Assembly (NCBI GenBank): GCA_963772045.1
Contig: CAVYWC010000007.1
Span: 438,023-502,022 of the forward strand
Direction: 5' to 3'
Source of the DNA: an uncultured Acidobacteriaceae bacterium
GTDB taxonomy: Bacteria; Acidobacteriota; Terriglobia; Terriglobales; Acidobacteriaceae
DNA length: 64,000 nt
Positions 62,061 through 64,000 of the stretch are shown here, piece after piece (positions within the stretch are counted from its first letter, which is position 1; every line of letters begins with the position of its first letter). The notes below the pieces were generated by a model. That model ran no database searches. It was not told the DNA's origin and saw nothing but the letters and a program-made list of their open reading frames with translations. A program made the position numbers and the translations under genes.

Positions 62061-64000
62061 ATGTCAATTCGCTATTCTCGCAGTTTTACCCGGAGTCTCT
62101 TATTTATTTTTGTTTGCCTTGTGGTCGCGTCGACGACCTTCGAAGCACAAAGTGCGCAACCGGTTCTTCCGGGAAATTCTGTTCATGATATTACGATCGG
62201 GCATACGGAGCGGCGCGATCGATGGTTCTATACCGGCCGCGTAGTCGCGGGCACGAATGCCGCGCAATTGCGGCGACGGGCCTATGACCTGAAACTCAAG
62301 ATGCGCGCCCAGCGTGCCGCCTCGTTGGCCGCTGCGCAAACCCGCGAGTCCGCTGGGCAGTCGTCCAGACAATCCTCCGGGCAGTCGGCTACTCCTTGGA
62401 CTCCGCTTGGGCCCGTACCCCTGGCTTCCGATGCGACCGGCAATGGAACGCAGGATTATCACCAGGTCGCCGGGCGCGCAACCGCGGTCGCGATCGATCC
62501 GGCCGACTCAACCGGCAACACCGTTTACGTTGGCGGCGCGCAGGCCGGAGTGTGGAAGTCGAGCAATGCCGCAAACAGCATAGCCAACGATGTGACCTGG
62601 ACCCCGCTCACGGACGATCAGGCGACACTGTCGATTGGTGCGCTCGCCATTCAGCCGGGAAACAGCAATCCCGATAATTCCGTGATTCTGGCCGCAACCG
62701 GCGAGGCCGACAATGCCAGTGATTCCTATTTCGGACTGGGCATTCTTCGGTCCGTGAATGCAGGCAGTTCCTGGACGTTGATATCAACCGCCAATAACGG
62801 GGCATTGTCTTTCGCTGGTCTGGGTGGAACTCGGATGGCGTTCAGCACGGCCGGCAGCCCAATGAATACAGTTGTGGCGGCTATGTCGATTTCATCAGAA
62901 GGCATAGTTTCCGGCGCTGCGTCGGCCAATACCATGCCCGGTCTTTACACGTCGCTCGATGCCGGCCAGACCTGGAGCTACGACTCCATTTCCGATCCCG
63001 GCGGAGCCACGGATGCGAGCTATGCCACATCGGTGGCGTACAACCCGGGCGCGGGATTATTCTTCGCCGCGATCCGCTACCACGGTTTCTATTCGTCGCC
63101 CGACGGAGTCAATTGGACTCGGCTCGCAACTCAACCCGGAGGAGGTGTATTGAGCACAGGTGCATGCCCGCCACAGTCGACCGCGAACGGGCAAGCTTGT
63201 CCGCTCTTCCGCGCCGAGATCACGACGGTTCCCGCACGAAACGAAATGTATGTCTGGTTCGTCTACTACTTGGCTGGAGAACTCACGGACGGTGGAATCT
63301 GGCAAAGCCTCAGCGGCGGCGGATCATGGACCGAGATCTCCGACTCCGGTATTACGAATTGCGGCGATCCCGTAGGCTGCGGGATCGGGCAAGGCTCGTA
63401 CAACCTGGAACTCGCGGCGGTCCCGAACTGCCCAGGCGGAGAGCAGAGTTGCCCCGCCGACGGCAATCCCACCGATCTGTATGCGGGCGCCATCAATGTG
63501 TACAAGTGTTCTATCGCAACGCCAACCGCGCCCTCGTGCACAAATGGTTTCCTGAATCTCACGCACGCCTGCGGGTGTGATCCAATCTCTGCCCCGGCGC
63601 ACGTGCATCCCGCGCAGCATTCGCTGGCGTACACGATTCCCACGTTGGGCAGCGACTCAGGCTACATCCTGATGTATTTCGCCAATGATGGTGGCCTCTA
63701 TCGTGCACTGGACGGCGTCTCGGGCCTCAACACCGGGTCATGCTCGGGCGCAAACGCATTCGACGATCTGAATCAGAATCTCGGATCATTGACGCAATTC
63801 GTCAGCTTCTCCCAGCATCCAACGGACCCGAATACGCTGCTCGGGGGCGCGCAGGATAACGGTTCTCCGGCCACCAGTCAGGCGACCGGTCAGCCGGCCG
63901 ATCTGGCGTGGGGCAATGTGCTCGGCGGCGACGGCGGTTATAACGCGATTGCTCCGAATGCTCCCCCCGATTTTTACTCATCCAATCCCGACCTCCCTCC
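62061..64000 (+). CDS. Secreted Cys-rich BNR/Asp-box/VPS10-like beta-propeller protein (3' end outside window)
   Basis: I translated this frame by hand and it is open to the window end. The ORF track omits it because it has no stop. Signal peptide MSIRYSRSFTRSLLFIFVCLVVASTTFEA. Motifs include SxDxGxTW-like segments (SLDAGQTWS, SPDGVNWT, SGGGSWT) and HVHPAQHSLAY...ANDGGLYRALDG. Confidence 0.7.
   Translation, partial: MSIRYSRSFTRSLLFIFVCLVVASTTFEAQSAQPVLPGNSVHDITIGHTERRDRWFYTGRVVAGTNAAQLRRRAYDLKLKMRAQRAASLAAAQTRESAGQSSRQSSGQSATPWTPLGPVPLASDATGNGTQDYHQVAGRATAVAIDPADSTGNTVYVGGAQAGVWKSSNAANSIANDVTWTPLTDDQATLSIGALAIQPGNSNPDNSVILAATGEADNASDSYFGLGILRSVNAGSSWTLISTANNGALSFAGLGGTRMAFSTAGSPMNTVVAAMSISSEGIVSGAASANTMPGLYTSLDAGQTWSYDSISDPGGATDASYATSVAYNPGAGLFFAAIRYHGFYSSPDGVNWTRLATQPGGGVLSTGACPPQSTANGQACPLFRAEITTVPARNEMYVWFVYYLAGELTDGGIWQSLSGGGSWTEISDSGITNCGDPVGCGIGQGSYNLELAAVPNCPGGEQSCPADGNPTDLYAGAINVYKCSIATPTAPSCTNGFLNLTHACGCDPISAPAHVHPAQHSLAYTIPTLGSDSGYILMYFANDGGLYRALDGVSGLNTGSCSGANAFDDLNQNLGSLTQFVSFSQHPTDPNTLLGGAQDNGSPATSQATGQPADLAWGNVLGGDGGYNAIAPNAPPDFYSSNPDLP

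Noticed and set aside
1-64000. Search for rRNA, tRNA, CRISPR arrays, transposases, integrases, phage or toxin-antitoxin/defence genes
   Set aside because: I saw no T-loop-type GGTTCGAATCC-like motif in any intergenic region. I saw no regularly spaced direct repeats. No ORF has recognisable transposase, integrase, nuclease or defence motifs. The window looks like core or accessory metabolic chromosome rather than a mobile island. A sensitive HMM or covariance-model scan would still be needed to be sure.

Overview
GC-rich bacterial chromosomal segment. It is most likely Acidobacteriota (Terriglobia-like). That assignment is an inference from hallmark families: an acidobacterial VWFA-type protein, a giant CarboxypepD_reg-type TonB-dependent receptor, a giant FG-GAP/Ig-like protein, and many GT-C/TPR membrane proteins. 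I call 50 protein-coding genes (2 cut by the window edges) and 1 eroded pseudogene. I saw no rRNA, tRNA, CRISPR, transposase, integrase or phage genes. All product names come from motif recognition by eye, because no homology search was possible. Main blocks follow. (1) 1-6793: a tight operon of an OMP beta-barrel, an NHL propeller, a 12-haem cytochrome c and two paralogous polytopic membrane proteins; this is my best candidate for an undescribed system (outer-membrane electron conduit or cytochrome export/modification). (2) 6839-16511 (minus strand): envelope genes in which two paralogous membrane-anchored TPR proteins bracket a 945-aa FG-GAP/Ig-like protein. That protein is translationally coupled to a TMTC/DUF1736-like GT-C+TPR protein. 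The block also holds an eroded FAD-oxidoreductase pseudogene, a VWA protein and small secreted proteins. (3) 16650-23321: an acyl-CoA mutase large subunit with isobutyryl-CoA-mutase-type signature residues, a GT2 + GT39-like pair, a Lys-rich secreted mini-protein and an orphan TolC-like protein. (4) 23693-29720: housekeeping and miscellaneous genes (TonB-C, aminotransferase, RRM protein, typA plus a coupled zinc-ribbon ORF, DUF1080, DUF385). (5) 29761-51958: a large amine/polyamine/GABA/beta-alanine catabolic supercluster. It contains a Pot-like ABC importer with a MerR+XRE+cupin regulator, a TBDR, three class-III aminotransferases, two aldehyde dehydrogenases, an APC permease, a sigma54 PAS activator and a secreted DmpA/BapA-type aminopeptidase. 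Every intercistronic gap of its six-gene array carries a palindromic REP-like element. (6) 52080-64000: miscellaneous envelope genes, modABC and a Cys-rich BNR-like propeller (3' truncated).
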